A DNA stretch of 64,000 bases. Origin: Chlorokybus atmophyticus. Taxonomy: Eukaryota > Plantae > Mesostigma and Chlorokybus algae. Below are positions 61,001 to 64,000 of the stretch, piece after piece. The position numbers and the translations under genes were made by a program. The DNA lies in contig RHPI01003156.1 in NCBI GenBank assembly GCA_009103225.1, positions 1,293,043 to 1,357,042 of the forward strand. Direction: 5' to 3'. How positions within the stretch are numbered: the stretch's first letter is position 1; each line of letters starts with the position of its first letter. Below the pieces are notes generated by a model. That model had not been told where the DNA came from. It searched no databases and saw only the letters and a program-made list of their open reading frames with translations.

Positions 61001-64000
61001 AGACAAGCCATTTGCTGGCGGAGCTCAAAACGAGTAGTAGTTATCGAGTACTCTGCTTAACTGTGTCGCCAAGCTTGCAGGTGGCTTTTCACGTTCTGTT
61101 GTTGTTGTTGCTGTTGCTAATAAATCAGGCAGGTTGGCCTGAAAATTGAGCAACTTGGTGTGCGTCCTTTGCTGCAGTTGCTTGTTTGCGGGGACCAGCA
61201 AGGCAATATATTTGCCTTCAAGCTGCCGGCTTCCCTGCTATCTCCAGGCAATGTAACACCTTCATCACAGGTAGAGGAGGCAGTCGCACATGACTGACGC
61301 CATATGCAATGCTACTTTGTTTGCATTGAGTTTAATTATCGTTCAGGAGGTGGTGCAATTGACACCCACTGCAAGGCTTAGGGGTGCGCACGGCACGATG
61401 GCAGTTACCTCCCTGTCTGTGCGCAACGATACCGTCATATCGGTACGCACTCTTGTGTATGCTGTTTGGTGCTCAACTGTTGGGGGCCATGTTGGTGAGT
61501 ACAGACAGCGTTGTGTACAGACAGGCCGGGACGGTTGCATTCGTCATTACATGCACCAAGACGGCAATTTGCAATGCTGCCAAACAGAGGGTACAGGTGT
61601 GCGCAAAAAATGAAGCACATTCTTGCTTGCTACTCTGCACAGGGTGCCAAGTGCTGAGTTCAATGTTGATGCCACAGACATCTCAGCCGTGGAACGACTA
61701 TACGCTTCTGATGATGGCAGCAATAGGAGTTCAATAGTGCTTGGGTTTCTTTCAGGGGACTTCATCATCCAAGACTTGACAGATAATAGAGAGGTGCTGA
61801 AGCACAAGTCCTTACAACGATGATAATGGCGCTGTGACCTGATCATCATGATTGTTCTCAATACATTGTTTACATGCTTAGGTGGTGCGCATAGACTGTG
61901 GCGGTTGGCGCCGCCCGCACGACTGTGCGATAGATGTGGGCACGTCGTTGCGCTACTGCTTCGTTTACTACACACACCGGCAGCTTTGCGTGCAGCTGAG
62001 TTGGAGTGTTAATGATGGCAACGAAGCGTTGACGGATGCTCCCGGCCGACAAACATCCTTACATTGGAGCTTTCATGGCATGGAAGTGCATAGCCTGCTA
62101 TTTGCACCGCTCTCACTCGGCAGTCAAGCAGAACAAGAACAACACGTCATTGTCACTGGCAGCGAAGATGCATCCATACGACTAACCAGGTGACTAGCTG
62201 TTTGATTGCTAGTAATAGCGTCTCTAGCTTGATATCTTTAGTGGTTGGTTTTACATTTCCCTGTATGCAGGTGCACACAAGATGCGCAGATGGACAGTTC
62301 ATATGTCTTAGGGGAGCACGTTGGCGGCCAGAGCGTGCGTGCCTTAGCCGTCATTCCCACCGACGGTCTGTTGCAACAACAACTGCTTGTTGCCTTGACC
62401 ATCCCTCACACTTGCATGTTGAACTGAGTCTTGTCCCGATTGTGGAATTCAGGCCATAATGAAGAGACAGTTCTATTTACTGCTGGAGCCAAGGAGATAC
62501 TCAGCTGCTGGGTGTTGTCGGAAGCATCCTCCATATGGCTCAGCACGTTTGTGCGTCACGGCGGCACATCGCTCGGACATGGCTCCAGCGATGACAGGCG
62601 ATACCTTGCCTTGACTGCATTTGCAAAGGGCAGCTTTGGTGACAGGTATGTGGGTGCTTTATGAACACAATTGAAATGAATTTAAAATTGTGTCTGATTT
62701 TGAGGTTGAGCTTACGGTTGGTTGTATGGTGCAGGACTTTGGTGTGCTTTATTGTGGTGGCCAGCTCGAATGCTACGCTCACGCTGTTTGCATTCAACAT
62801 GCACGAGAAGTCCTGGTAAGGCATTAGACAGATCACAGTTGCTCAATCGGTTGGCATGACCTCTTGTGGTTGGTGACTTCAATCCCACATGCAGGAAGTC
62901 TCTCGCCGCACTGGATTGCCACACAGCGCCGGTTTTGTCGCTGGTCCACCACATCTTGGCCAAAGAGTCTGGTATGTGCCTCATAGCATGCATGCATGCA
63001 TACGTAACCATGTACTGCATACGTGCAACACACCACAAGCCTCTGAGTTACTGTTTGTCATGTTTGCAGGAGATGGTGATGCAACTGTGGTTTTCAGCGG
63101 GTCAACAGATGGCTCGCTGGCTGCGTGGGACGTGACTGAGTTCACAGAGCAGTTCATGTCTGGCACAACCAATGGCAAAACATCAAGTCAGGAGGAAACA
63201 ATAACGCAGAATGGGGTTGTAGACAACAGCACACTCTCTATGAAGAAGTCCGCTGATGGCGCGTACAGAAAGCGCACGTCTTCAAGGGCCAAAACCAGAG
63301 TAGCGCACAACATGTATGCGACGGAAGGCCCGAAAGACCCTCTCACAGTGTTGAAGCCCGCTTTCTTCGTCAACAAGCTGCACCAATCTGGTGTCAATTG
63401 CGCAAGCGTTGCAACCGTAAGCGCACGAGCGTGCTTGCTGGTGACAGGCGGCGATGACCAGGCCATCACTGCAAGTATGGTAGTCAGAGACTCGAATGGT
63501 GGCTTCATGCATCAACTGCTACACCGAGTGGACATTGCTCATTCATCCGCAGTGCGAGGTACTGTTGTGACTATCAGAGTGGTTGCTGTGTCCTGTGCGT
63601 GCATTGTATCGTTGGTGGTGAAGAGGTATCAAAACTGCAGTTGTTTGTTGCAGGTATCTGGACGGACGCCTGCTGCATCATCTCCGCCGGCCTTGATCAG
63701 AGGTTGCGGGTGTGGTCATTCAGTGAAGAGGGCTGCGCTTTATCACTCAAGGAAAGCTGCTGTATGGTGACTGATGTGCCGGACATCAGCGCCATGGACG
63801 TGCAGCTTTCAAAGCAATTGGACAGGCAAGGCTGTGTCTCGTCCTTTCTTGTCAGGACAATAACTGTTTGTTGACTGCTCATGCTGTAGGATACATGTCA
63901 TAAACGAGCAGCCCATGACCAAATTGTTGACTCTGCCGCTGTACTGTAATGCAGCAACGGTCTGGGCCAGTCTAGACTGCACTATCGCATCGCGTGTGCT
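58069..64000 (+). CDS. WDR6: WD repeat protein WDR6/Trm734-like (tRNA methylation cofactor); 3' end outside the window
   Basis: GYVGDVTAL...AG|TGAQL; GTIFNEVLVW; LQGHDGSIHNL.WS.DG..IVSVSDDR; LYGHTARIWD; LVTAGEDCTCRVWD; LVTAGADASIKTW; FHGMEVH; TGSEDASIRL; HQSGVNC; VTGGDDQ; AHSSAVRG; SAGLDQRLRVW. Confidence 0.9.

Overview
Intron-rich eukaryotic nuclear DNA, most likely from a flagellate-stage green alga (plausibly a streptophyte alga). This is inferred from a class II HD-Zip gene, a plastid GSIIB-type glutamine synthetase, MOT1, plant-type TraB, telo-boxes and a CCDC153/DRC12 axonemal gene. The first ~8 kb is TE debris: a pogo-type terminal end, a Chlamys/Naiad-type Penelope-like remnant interrupted by a 521-bp TRIM with a perfect GGTAC target-site duplication, and a decayed intron-containing pogo/Tigger transposase. 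From 9 kb on there are about 13 spliced genes, mostly in head-to-head pairs: GS; AVT1-like transporter/TraB; HD-Zip II; MOT1/ALDH1L; CCDC153/RPL19; TRAF7-like RING-TM/PUM3-Puf6; SmD3/STI1-domain; and WDR6, which runs off the right end. The standout is a complete three-domain 10-formyltetrahydrofolate dehydrogenase (ALDH1L/FDH: formyltransferase, acyl-carrier, ALDH) with all catalytic residues intact. This enzyme is usually described as animal-type and absent from plants, yet here it sits natively among green-lineage genes. Most ORF-track entries are artefacts of RY-rich introns and microsatellites. Exon boundaries were read by eye, family assignments rest on recalled consensus motifs, and no database searches were run.
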